32,403 nucleotides of DNA. It comes from an uncultured Gammaproteobacteria bacterium (GTDB lineage: Bacteria > Patescibacteriota > Patescibacteriia > JACQRZ01). This document shows positions 17,355-24,809 of the stretch, piece after piece. The stretch's first letter is position 1. The number at the start of each line of letters is the position of its first letter. A program made the position numbers and the translations under genes. The notes under the pieces were generated by a model. The model was not told where the DNA came from, did not search any database, and saw only the letters and a program-made list of their open reading frames with translations. The stretch is taken from positions 1-32,403 of the forward strand of contig CAYHKW010000002.1 of assembly GCA_964357385.1 (NCBI GenBank), in the 5' to 3' direction.

Positions 17355-17903
17355 CTATCGAGTTTGCCAAAGGATGAAATCTATCCTTTTTATATCGGTA
17401 ATATCTACTGTACCAATTTTCTCATCAAAAATCTTAATCATACGTTTTGCTTCCTCAGTACCTAAAAAATCTGAATACCAAGACACAATCTCATTATACA
17501 TTTTAACTATTTCTTTAAATCTTATATCTCTCGCGAGTTGAGAACGAGGTGCTTTCAGATTCAAGCGTGCGAGAACCTCTGAATCCCAAATTGGAAAGTT
17601 TGGATTTATGGTGGCTACAATCTTACTAGAAAAAGATGCTTCGAGAGGATGAAATTTTTGTTCGAAAAAACCTAGCGTTTGTTCGAAGGAGATTTCTTTA
17701 TTTTTATTATCTTCAAGATACTGGTACAGCGCTTCGTAAAATTCTTTCGACTTTTTCATGATTCTATAGAACCCATTAAATTTTCTTTGGAATTCTTCGT
17801 TTTTTTGAACGTTTGAAGTCCTCACTAAATCCATTATGTATAAATATTGTTGCACTCCTATCTTGATCTGTTCCCAATTTGTATTGTCTAAATCAAAAAT
17901 CAT
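17355..17903 (-). CDS. hypothetical protein (AT-rich orphan)
   Basis: 182-aa uninterrupted ORF, visibly more AT-rich than its neighbours. I am not confident of any motif. The segment EASFSSKIVATINPNFPIWDSEVLARL resembles the SK-L-hf-P-fPIWDS pattern of uncharacterised OGG-fold-like proteins, from weak memory only. Confidence 0.55.
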   Translation of the reverse strand: MIFDLDNTNWEQIKIGVQQYLYIMDLVRTSNVQKNEEFQRKFNGFYRIMKKSKEFYEALYQYLEDNKNKEISFEQTLGFFEQKFHPLEASFSSKIVATINPNFPIWDSEVLARLNLKAPRSQLARDIRFKEIVKMYNEIVSWYSDFLGTEEAKRMIKIFDEKIGTVDITDIKRIDFILWQTR

Positions 17904-17938
17904 GATATAAAAATTTCATAACTTTTTTTAAAAACTCC

Positions 17939-18026
17939 TGGCGGAGGGCGAGGGATTCGAACCCTCGGTACCTTTCGGTACGCCGCCTTTCCAAGACGGT
18001 GCACTAGACCGCTATGCGAGCCCTCC
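17939..18026 (-). tRNA. tRNA-Ser (anticodon GGA), type II with long variable arm, CCA encoded
   Basis: The reverse complement GGAGGGC-TC-GCA..TGC-A-CCGTC-TTGGAAA-GGCGG-CGTACCGAAAGGTACC-GAGGG-TTCGAAT-CCCTC-GCCCTCC-G-CCA folds into a clean cloverleaf. The variable-arm hairpin is GTACC/GGTAC and the discriminator is G. Confidence 0.92.
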
Positions 18027-18035
18027 GTGTATTTA

Positions 18036-19169
18036 CTACTCAAGAACCTTAACTTCAACTGGCTCCGGCAATACATCCTCTCTCCTGATCTGATCCATAA
18101 TTTTGTTCAGCTGTCGATCACGGGTTCCTGAGAGTGTTTCAAACTGTTTTACCGTCGAAGACAGTCTATCCCCCAGCGTATCCATAGCCTCGCCGAACTT
18201 CCCATACTCTACCTCAAACTTTTGTATCAGTCCAATGACATGATGAAGGTTTTCCTGATAACGAAAATTGGTGTATGCCTGCTTTACCATCCTCAAGATC
18301 GCCGTAAAGCTAAACGGCCCAGCCATGACCACCTTTTTTGCCATTGCCTCCTCCCACAATTCATTGCACTGGTCATAAATAAAGCTGAAAATCATCTCGT
18401 TGGGGATGAACAATATTACAAAATCAACCGTTTTTTCTTCTGGATTGATATAATCTCTCGTCGTAACCTGTTTAATCTTTGCTTTCACGTCTTGGCTGAA
18501 TTGTTTCAAATGCTCTTTTTTCTCCTGATCTGTCGTGGCGCTGCTGGCCTTCAACAAAGAAGCATAGGGAAATTTCACATCAATATTGATCTTCGTCTTA
18601 TCAGGCATGAAGACGGTAAAATCAGGTCGCGTATCAACATGCTCCTGCTGTTTATTCACGACATAATCCTGCCCTACGACAAACCCCGCCATCTTAAGAA
18701 GGTTTTCTGCAATCTGCTCGCCAAACTGTCCTCGCAGCTGGTTATTCGAAAGAATGTTTTTAAGGTCATCAGTGCTTCCCTTAAGATCTGAGGTAGCTTT
18801 TTGTTGTTGTTCCAATTCCTGCTTGAGTGCAGAAAACGATGCGACATGCTGCGCATCAAATTGCGAAAGTCGCTGCTGCTGCTGGACAATATCTTTACGC
18901 AATTCGCTGATCATTTTTTCGATCCCATCCTTCTTATGATCAAGGTCGGTTCGCGCGGCCGTCTGCTCTGCTCGAAAACTTTCTTTTGCTAATGAAAAAA
19001 AATCCTCCTGTGCTCCACCAATTGCTTCTTGGGTAACCCAAGTAAGGTGACCACGAAGATCCCAAGATGCCGTATTAGCATCAACAGAAGGGCCAGTACG
19101 ACGGAGTATGAGAAATACAACCATCGCACCGATTGCAATACCAATAATAATAGGGATAACCATTTCCAT
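18036..19169 (-). CDS. rmuC: DNA recombination protein RmuC
   Basis: N-terminal TM helix (MEMVIPIIIGIAIGAMVVFLIL), a long coiled coil, then the RmuC nuclease-like core (RPDFTVFMP..INIDVKFP...VDFVILFIPNE). I use the ATG at 19169. The track's 45 extra codons run through the divergent promoter region. Confidence 0.85.
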   Translation of the reverse strand: MEMVIPIIIGIAIGAMVVFLILRRTGPSVDANTASWDLRGHLTWVTQEAIGGAQEDFFSLAKESFRAEQTAARTDLDHKKDGIEKMISELRKDIVQQQQRLSQFDAQHVASFSALKQELEQQQKATSDLKGSTDDLKNILSNNQLRGQFGEQIAENLLKMAGFVVGQDYVVNKQQEHVDTRPDFTVFMPDKTKINIDVKFPYASLLKASSATTDQEKKEHLKQFSQDVKAKIKQVTTRDYINPEEKTVDFVILFIPNEMIFSFIYDQCNELWEEAMAKKVVMAGPFSFTAILRMVKQAYTNFRYQENLHHVIGLIQKFEVEYGKFGEAMDTLGDRLSSTVKQFETLSGTRDRQLNKIMDQIRREDVLPEPVEVKVLE

Positions 19170-19173
19170 AACA

Positions 19174-19202
19174 TTGAGATAGAAAGAAAACTTTGATAGA
19201 AT
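19174..19202 (+). promoter_or_regulatory. candidate promoter of the P-type ATPase-DedA unit
   Basis: TTGAGA (19174-19179), 17-nt spacer, TAGAAT (19197-19202). Confidence 0.45.
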
Positions 19203-19243
19203 TACCCTATCATAGTTGGTACGAAACATACAATGAATTCCCC

Positions 19244-21937
19244 ATGCATTCTCGTCCTTGGCACACCCTCTCACTGCGCGCCTGCGCAGACGAACTAAAA
19301 ACAAATACCCGCACGGGCCTCACCGCTGCCCAGGCGTCTTCACGACTAAAAAAATATGGTCCCAATGAATTGCCCACAGCAAAAAAAGATAGCCTTTTGC
19401 TGATCATCTCCCGCCAATTCAAAAGCCCGCTCGTCTACTTGCTCATAGGTGCTGCAATCATTGCGTATTTCACTGGTCATCATATTGATGCAACATTTGT
19501 TGTTGTCGTATTGGTATTTAATACAATAGTAGGCAGTATCCAGGAGGGAAGGGCAAGTAACGCCCTTGCGACCTTAACTCGCTTTGTTAAAACGCAATCA
19601 ACCGTACTTCGAAATGGCAACGAAATCATTATTCCTGACTTTGAATTAGTACCAGGCGACATCGTATTGCTCAAAGAAGGAGAAAAAGTAGGTGCCGATA
19701 TTCGCATTTTTCATGCAGAAAGTGTACGCATTGACCAAAGCTCTCTTACGGGGGAATCTATTCCCGTTGTAAAATCATTGCAAACATTACGGGGTAAAAA
19801 CATCCCCTATCCCGACCAATCGAATATGGTTTTTAAGGGTACCTTGGTTGTTGCCGGCAATGCACGAGGTATTGTGGTTGAAACGGGTATTCATACCGCT
19901 ATTGGGAATATTGGTCAGACACTTGCCCATATTGAGCGTGAAATCCCCCTTCAAACAAAACTGCGTAAACTCTCATTGGGTATCTTGATGGTCACCGCCG
20001 GAATAAGTGTTGCGGTAATCACCCTAGGATTGGTGAGGGGTATGCCTCTGTCAGAAATACTTCTCGTGGCAATTTCGCTGTCAGTATCCGTTATCCCTGA
20101 GGGCTTGCCGGTGGTCTTGACTATAGTTTTGGCATCGGGAGTACGACGAATGGCAAAACGCAACGCTCTTATAAAACGACTTCAGGCGGTGGAAAGTTTA
20201 GGTCAAGCAGATGTCATTGCGGTAGACAAAACAGGCACCATCACAAAAAACCAACTCGTCATTCGCAGTATTTTCACTGAAGGCGCATTGTTTCGCGTAA
20301 CCGGTGATGGATATAATCCCCAAGGGGAAGTCATTCCCCTTAATCACCGTGCACCCTATGAGGCCGTTGATCGAATATTATCCTTTGGTGCCGCCTCTTC
20401 AAATGCACATATCATGATAGATGAATCAACACAGCAATGGAAAATAAGCGGTGATCCCACCGAAGCAGCGCTCATCGTTGCTGCACACAAACGCCCCCTT
20501 GAACATATACAACAACACTATCCCCGCATCAGCGAACTCCCCTTTGATTACCGAACACGCATGAGGGTAACCTTTCATGGGCATGCAAAAAAAATAATAG
20601 GAATCGTTTCTGGTGCACCCGAGGCAATTCTTGAACGCACCACCCATATTCAAATCAAGGGCTCAAAACACCGTATGACTCTTGAACAACGTCGTGCTAT
20701 TGAGCAACAGATCCACACCTCCATCTCAAAAGGTCTGCGTGTTATCGCATTAGCTACGATTGAATACACAAAACAATCACCATTACCCGTCGGACACGCC
20801 GATATTTCTGATCTCACCTTTGAGGGATTCTTTGCTATGGAAGACACGCTACGCGAAGGGGTAAAAGATGCCGTACAACAAGCCCTTCGTGCCGGAATTC
20901 GCGTTGTGATGATTACCGGCGACCATGCATTGACCGCCCAAGCAATCGCTCGCGAAGCAGGGATTTTTTCCTCATCACACAAAGTCCTTACGGGTGTCGA
21001 TATTGAACGCTTTTCCTCTCATGAACTAAAAGAAGCGCTTGCCACGGCTACGGTGATCGCGCGCGTACTTCCTGAACAAAAAATGCGTATCATTCAAGGA
21101 TTTCACAGTCGTGGTGAAATTGTTGCGATGACTGGTGATGGAGTAAACGACGCTCCCGCACTTGCAGCCGCTGACTTGGGTGTTGCTATGGGAATCATTG
21201 GAAGCGATGTAGCCAAAGAAGCTGCCGACATTATCCTTGTTGATGATAATTTCAAAAGTATTGTGTCGGCGGTACGAGAAGGTCGGACAATGTATCTCAC
21301 GATCCAACGCGTAATTCTGTATCTCTTTTCTACCAGTGCCGGTGAAGTGATGACATTACTAGGCGCCCTCTCAGTCGGCCTGCCCCTCCCCCTCTTTGCA
21401 TCTCAAATATTATGGCTTAATCTTGTTACCGACGGCTTTCTCGATGTCGCGCTTGCACGCGAGCCATCTCACAACAAGGAGGTACCCGCCAAACGCCCTC
21501 GTTCAGAATTTTTATTTATTGGCAAACAGGCAGTGTGGCGAGTAGTGTTAATGGCTGCTGTCATGAGTATCGGTACTCTCATTCTTTATACTCAACACTT
21601 AACTGATGACCTGGCCAAAGCTTCGACGCTTATTATGACCACCCTTGCGATATTCCAATGGGCAAACGCATGGAATTGCCGTTCAAGTACCCGATCGATC
21701 TTTGTTCTTAATCCGTTCAAAAATACATGGCTCATTGGCGCCACGATGATTGTTATTGCGCTTCAGCTCTTTGCTGTGTATAGTCCTTTTATGAACCGTA
21801 TTCTTCACACCACCCCTCTTACGCCGCAAGAATGGCTCACCGCCGCACTTGTCGGTGTTTCAATCATTGTCGTTGAAGAAATACGAAAAATAGCAACCGC
21901 AGTATGGAAACGACATAACCCCCCTTCCCATGTTTGA
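19244..21937 (+). CDS. cation-transporting P-type ATPase, type II (Ca2+/Mg2+-like)
   Basis: About 897 aa with TGES, IPEGLP (TM4), DKTGTITKN phosphorylation site, MITGDH, and TGDGVNDAPALAAADLGVAMG. I use the ATG at 19244, because the TTG at 19193 lies inside the predicted promoter. Confidence 0.95.
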   Translation: MHSRPWHTLSLRACADELKTNTRTGLTAAQASSRLKKYGPNELPTAKKDSLLLIISRQFKSPLVYLLIGAAIIAYFTGHHIDATFVVVVLVFNTIVGSIQEGRASNALATLTRFVKTQSTVLRNGNEIIIPDFELVPGDIVLLKEGEKVGADIRIFHAESVRIDQSSLTGESIPVVKSLQTLRGKNIPYPDQSNMVFKGTLVVAGNARGIVVETGIHTAIGNIGQTLAHIEREIPLQTKLRKLSLGILMVTAGISVAVITLGLVRGMPLSEILLVAISLSVSVIPEGLPVVLTIVLASGVRRMAKRNALIKRLQAVESLGQADVIAVDKTGTITKNQLVIRSIFTEGALFRVTGDGYNPQGEVIPLNHRAPYEAVDRILSFGAASSNAHIMIDESTQQWKISGDPTEAALIVAAHKRPLEHIQQHYPRISELPFDYRTRMRVTFHGHAKKIIGIVSGAPEAILERTTHIQIKGSKHRMTLEQRRAIEQQIHTSISKGLRVIALATIEYTKQSPLPVGHADISDLTFEGFFAMEDTLREGVKDAVQQALRAGIRVVMITGDHALTAQAIAREAGIFSSSHKVLTGVDIERFSSHELKEALATATVIARVLPEQKMRIIQGFHSRGEIVAMTGDGVNDAPALAAADLGVAMGIIGSDVAKEAADIILVDDNFKSIVSAVREGRTMYLTIQRVILYLFSTSAGEVMTLLGALSVGLPLPLFASQILWLNLVTDGFLDVALAREPSHNKEVPAKRPRSEFLFIGKQAVWRVVLMAAVMSIGTLILYTQHLTDDLAKASTLIMTTLAIFQWANAWNCRSSTRSIFVLNPFKNTWLIGATMIVIALQLFAVYSPFMNRILHTTPLTPQEWLTAALVGVSIIVVEEIRKIATAVWKRHNPPSHV

Positions 21938-22556
21938 TATCATTGATCTTCTTAAAAGTTTTGGATATATTGCCCTGCTGTTTATTACCTTTGCTGAATC
22001 AGGTATATTCATCGGTTTTTTCCTTCCCGGTGATAGTTTGTTATTTAGCGCAGGATTTCTTGCCTCTCAAGGTCATTTGAATATTATATGGGTGCTCGTT
22101 CTTTCCTTTATTGGTGCCGTTGCAGGCGATAGCGTTGGATATACCTTTGGGCGTCAGGTGGGACCACGGCTCTTTCGTAAAAAGGACTCGATACTCTTCC
22201 ACAAAGACCACCTAAAGCGTGCACAGGCGTTCTATGAGAAACATGGGGGGAAAACAATCATCCTCGCGCGCTTCCTGCCCTTTATACGTACATTTGCCCC
22301 TATTGTAGCGGGGATTGGCTCAATGAAATATTCTCAATTTGCATTTTACAATGTCCTTGGAGGATTCTTGTGGGCGGTCGGCCTCTCTTTAGCAGGATAT
22401 TTTCTGGGAAGCCTGATTCCCAATATCGACCGATTCCTCATTCCTATTATCTTGCTCATTATTGCTCTTACTTCATTGCCAGGAATTATTCATGTCCTCG
22501 CTAATCCCACGACACGTACCGCAATCTGGAAATTTATAAAAAAAATACCACAGTAA
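21930..22556 (+). CDS. DedA/VTT-family membrane protein
   Basis: 208 aa with ESGIFIGFFLPGDSLLFSAG, GDSVGYTFGR and ARFLPFIRTFAPIVAG. Overlaps the ATPase stop by 8 nt. Confidence 0.9.
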   Translation: MFDIIDLLKSFGYIALLFITFAESGIFIGFFLPGDSLLFSAGFLASQGHLNIIWVLVLSFIGAVAGDSVGYTFGRQVGPRLFRKKDSILFHKDHLKRAQAFYEKHGGKTIILARFLPFIRTFAPIVAGIGSMKYSQFAFYNVLGGFLWAVGLSLAGYFLGSLIPNIDRFLIPIILLIIALTSLPGIIHVLANPTTRTAIWKFIKKIPQ

Positions 22557-22564
22557 TTGTGGTA
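22538..22564 (-). terminator. intrinsic terminator of the 285-aa orphan gene
   Basis: Minus strand has a 7-bp hairpin TACCACA-ATTAC-TGTGGTA (22564-22546) directly followed by T8 (22545-22538), 5 nt after the stop codon. It lies inside the 3' end of dedA on the other strand. Confidence 0.55.
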
Positions 22565-22569
22565 CGCCA

Positions 22570-23427
22570 TTAGGCAATCTTTTTTATATAGCGTATATTG
22601 CGCTCCAATGTTGCAATCGCTGCTTCTATTTTATCTGTAGTATCCAATTCTTTTGTGTAATTCTGTCTGATAGTCAGAATCGCATTTTCTGTTTCTCTGT
22701 ACACTAGTATATCAGAGTGGTTATCTTCGATAATGCTGATATGTATACAAGCCTCTGGATTCTCACCTCCATATACATATAAGCTAACATTTCCAAATTC
22801 AACACGTATCCTACACTGAGTTTCCTTTACCTCGTTAAAAAATGGGATTTTTGTGCTCTTCAACAGTTCAAACAATATCTTTTCTCCTTCTGAAAAGACA
22901 GTCGAAACGTAACTTACAATTTCCCGCCATTCCATCGCAAAGATATTATCATCGTTTGTTAGCAGCGGAGAAATAACCAATGTTGATGAAAGAGTATGTA
23001 TAAACCCCTCCTTCTCCTCCCCACTACAGGCTTCGAATGATATGACATATCTTCCGCTTGAGGCATCCGGATAACGAATATTAACCCCTTTTTCTTGGCG
23101 GGTATATACTGCCCTACTTACCATTTCCCCTAAAGTAATAGTTGCATACTCACTGTATAGTTCTTCACGTTCAGTAGCGGGGGTATCATCATAGCGACTA
23201 TCGTTATATGCTGCTGATAGTCCATCAGCCTCCTTTACTTGCAACAATTGCTCAGCAGTTACTAAACAGTAGCCGGGGTCATCATATTCATCTTTCAAAA
23301 AGCAGTATCCTTGTGCCAGCTTTTTAAGCAGCATGCCAATAATAGTTTTTTCAAACTCATCTTTTATCAACCGGTATTGATCAAATAGCTCACGGCCCTT
23401 CTTGCGCCGCTCATTTGCAGTAAACAT
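22570..23427 (-). CDS. hypothetical protein (285 aa, acidic, no recognisable domain)
   Basis: Uninterrupted ORF with a GAGGT RBS 8 nt upstream, its own promoter and its own terminator. More AT-rich than its neighbours by eye. I recognise no motif, TM segment or signal peptide. Confidence 0.6.
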   Translation of the reverse strand: MFTANERRKKGRELFDQYRLIKDEFEKTIIGMLLKKLAQGYCFLKDEYDDPGYCLVTAEQLLQVKEADGLSAAYNDSRYDDTPATEREELYSEYATITLGEMVSRAVYTRQEKGVNIRYPDASSGRYVISFEACSGEEKEGFIHTLSSTLVISPLLTNDDNIFAMEWREIVSYVSTVFSEGEKILFELLKSTKIPFFNEVKETQCRIRVEFGNVSLYVYGGENPEACIHISIIEDNHSDILVYRETENAILTIRQNYTKELDTTDKIEAAIATLERNIRYIKKIA

Positions 23428-23464
23428 TCTTTTTTACCTCATTTTTTGAAATAAACTGATTGAG

Positions 23465-23493
23465 ATACTACCATTATCTCACCCAGTTGTCAA
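23465..23493 (-). promoter_or_regulatory. promoter of the 285-aa orphan gene
   Basis: Minus strand reads TTGACA (23493-23488), 17-nt spacer, TAGTAT (23470-23465). Confidence 0.5.
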
Positions 23494-23512
23494 GGTCTCG
23501 TCACACAACCTC

Positions 23513-23540
23513 TTGACAGTGTTTTTGGTTCTGATAGTAT
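23513..23540 (+). promoter_or_regulatory. promoter of the tRNA-like gene
   Basis: TTGACA (23513-23518), 16-nt spacer, TAGTAT (23535-23540). The -10 ends 11 nt before the tRNA-like 5' end. It mirrors the divergent promoter 20 bp away, using the same hexamers. Confidence 0.5.
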
Positions 23541-23551
23541 TTCTCTCATCA

Positions 23552-23624
23552 GCGGTTGTAGCTCAATGGTAGAGCATTCCCCTTTTCAAGGGAAGGTTTG
23601 CAGGTTCAAGTCCCGCCTTCCGCA
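23552..23624 (+). tRNA. non-canonical tRNA-like gene (Gly-type body; anticodon loop CTTTTCAA reads UUC or UUU with one extra nucleotide)
   Basis: GCGGTTG-TA-GCTC-AATGGTA-GAGC-A-TTCCC-CTTTTCAA-GGGAA-GGTTT-GCAGG-TTCAAGT-CCCGC-CTTCCGC-A. The D arm, T loop and variable loop are canonical. The anticodon loop is 8 nt in the best-paired fold. There are two U.U mismatches in the acceptor stem and one A.C mismatch in the T stem. No CCA is encoded. Confidence 0.55.
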
Positions 23625-23657
23625 TATATTTGTACATTGTATATAATTTTTATATCT

Positions 23658-23684
23658 GGTGTCTCACAAGAGACATCTTTTTTT
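23658..23684 (+). terminator. intrinsic terminator downstream of the tRNA-like gene
   Basis: 8-bp hairpin GGTGTCTC-ACAA-GAGACATC (23658-23677) followed by T7 (23678-23684). Confidence 0.6.
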
Positions 23685-23727
23685 ATCCAAAAAAAATAAG
23701 GTACATCGACCTTGTGGTGAAATACCT

Positions 23728-24177
23728 TTATACGTTGAATGTTTGAACTATCCGTTTCCATTCTCCTGGTATCAAAGACATGTACTCTGCTTCTTGCAGT
23801 GTTGCCCAAGCAAAATCAATGTGCTCATTCGGAGAAAGCACTATATCGGGCTTGCTCAACAAGGGTTGACGCAGTTTACATTCATAAAATACGAAGTCAC
23901 ACCCTCCCGGATATCTCATATACAGCGTTGAACGAAGCTCAAGATCATTGACATGTATGTTAATACCCGTTTCTTCAAATAACTCCCGCCGAGCAGTGGT
24001 CAATGCATTTTCCCCTTGTTCAATCCTACCGCCAGGAGTACACCAATACCCTCCGCGACTGCTCGAATACGCACGCTTTAAAAATAGAAGCTCGTTATCA
24101 CAGGGAACATATATCCCTACTGCCATGAACTCCGCTTTGAAACCAGGCAACATGTTTTTCGACACGATTGTGTCCAT
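23728..24177 (-). CDS. NUDIX hydrolase
   Basis: Nudix box GGRIEQGENALTTARRELFEETGI. I use the ATG at 24177, 9 nt after GAGAGG; the track ORF begins at a TTG at 24186. Confidence 0.85.
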   Translation of the reverse strand: MDTIVSKNMLPGFKAEFMAVGIYVPCDNELLFLKRAYSSSRGGYWCTPGGRIEQGENALTTARRELFEETGINIHVNDLELRSTLYMRYPGGCDFVFYECKLRQPLLSKPDIVLSPNEHIDFAWATLQEAEYMSLIPGEWKRIVQTFNV

Positions 24178-24214
24178 AAAGAACAACCTCTCTTTTCAAA
24201 AATCATACAAACCC

Positions 24215-24242
24215 ATCATACGCCTGCCGTATAAAAGCGCAA
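24215..24242 (-). promoter_or_regulatory. candidate promoter of the NUDIX gene
   Basis: Minus strand reads TTGCGC (24242-24237), 16-nt spacer, TATGAT (24220-24215). Confidence 0.4.
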
Positions 24243-24250
24243 GAAAACGC

Positions 24251-24279
24251 TTGACAAAATGCCAAAAATATGCTATGGT
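24251..24279 (+). promoter_or_regulatory. promoter of the 151-aa gene
   Basis: TTGACA (24251-24256), 17-nt spacer, TATGGT (24274-24279). An AAGAGGA RBS precedes the ATG at 24318. Confidence 0.5.
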
Positions 24280-24317
24280 AGAATTGTTATCATTGAAAAT
24301 AAAAGAGGAATCAACAG

Positions 24318-24773
24318 ATGGAAGAAGCGTTACCAAAACAGAAGTTGAAAGTAGTTAAAAAGAAATTACAGTGGGAAAACCCCATTGATGGGTATCAGTA
24401 TATATTCACATTTCCTAATGACATCCTTGGTGATGCCCAGTTAATTTATTGCCAATTAAAGGACTGGAGATATGAGCACTCCGGTAGAGATTTCTATAAA
24501 GCCTTAAAAGTACAAGGTCTCCATGATGGCGACACAATCGCACACCTCAACGAATTCTATCCCAATGGACGAGGCCTCAGCGAAAAAACTTCAGAAAAAA
24601 TGAGGTTGGGACGCGGCCTCAAAGCATTGAATTTCTTAATACAAGAAGCCATCAAGAAAGAAGCAGTAGTTCTCTATTGTTTTTCTGGCAAAGATTCTAT
24701 GCAGTCATTTTTAGCAAAGCACCACTTCACAAAGTTTAATGAATGGAGATACTACAAAATCCTTAGTGATTAA
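24318..24773 (+). CDS. hypothetical protein, possibly a minimal GNAT-like acetyltransferase
   Basis: 151-aa ORF with promoter, RBS and terminator. MRLGRGLKALNFLIQEA...VVLYCF...SFLAKHHFTK resembles GNAT motif A (R-x-x-G-x-G) plus the following strand and helix. This is a weak, by-eye call. Confidence 0.45.
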   Translation: MEEALPKQKLKVVKKKLQWENPIDGYQYIFTFPNDILGDAQLIYCQLKDWRYEHSGRDFYKALKVQGLHDGDTIAHLNEFYPNGRGLSEKTSEKMRLGRGLKALNFLIQEAIKKEAVVLYCFSGKDSMQSFLAKHHFTKFNEWRYYKILSD

Positions 24774-24779
24774 ACCAAT

Positions 24780-24809
24780 ATACTGCCAAACGGCAGTATG
24801 TTTTATTTT
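24780..24809 (+). terminator. intrinsic terminator between convergent genes
   Basis: 8-bp hairpin ATACTGCC-AAAC-GGCAGTAT (24780-24799) followed by GTTTTATTTT. The reverse-strand reading lacks a good T tract, so it mainly serves the plus-strand gene. Confidence 0.6.

Noticed and set aside
18222-18791. 189-aa plus-strand ORF antisense to rmuC, plus the many 60-110-aa ORFs antisense to sufB, the ATPase, nrdA, vanW and other genes
   Set aside because: Each lies entirely inside a strongly supported gene on the other strand. None has a recognisable motif or RBS. They are typical shadow ORFs.
19233-19298. 21-codon uORF (MNSPCILVLGTPSHCAPAQTN) in the ATPase leader, overlapping the ATPase start
   Set aside because: It has no RBS, is out of frame with and overlaps the main start, and has no recognisable peptide features. 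It is probably fortuitous.
23552-23624. tRNA-like gene as tRNA-Sec or a UGA suppressor, because TCA occurs in the anticodon loop
   Set aside because: Putting TCA at positions 34-36 destroys the anticodon stem (CCCCT versus GGAAG). There is no long variable arm and no 8/5 or 9/4 acceptor/T geometry.
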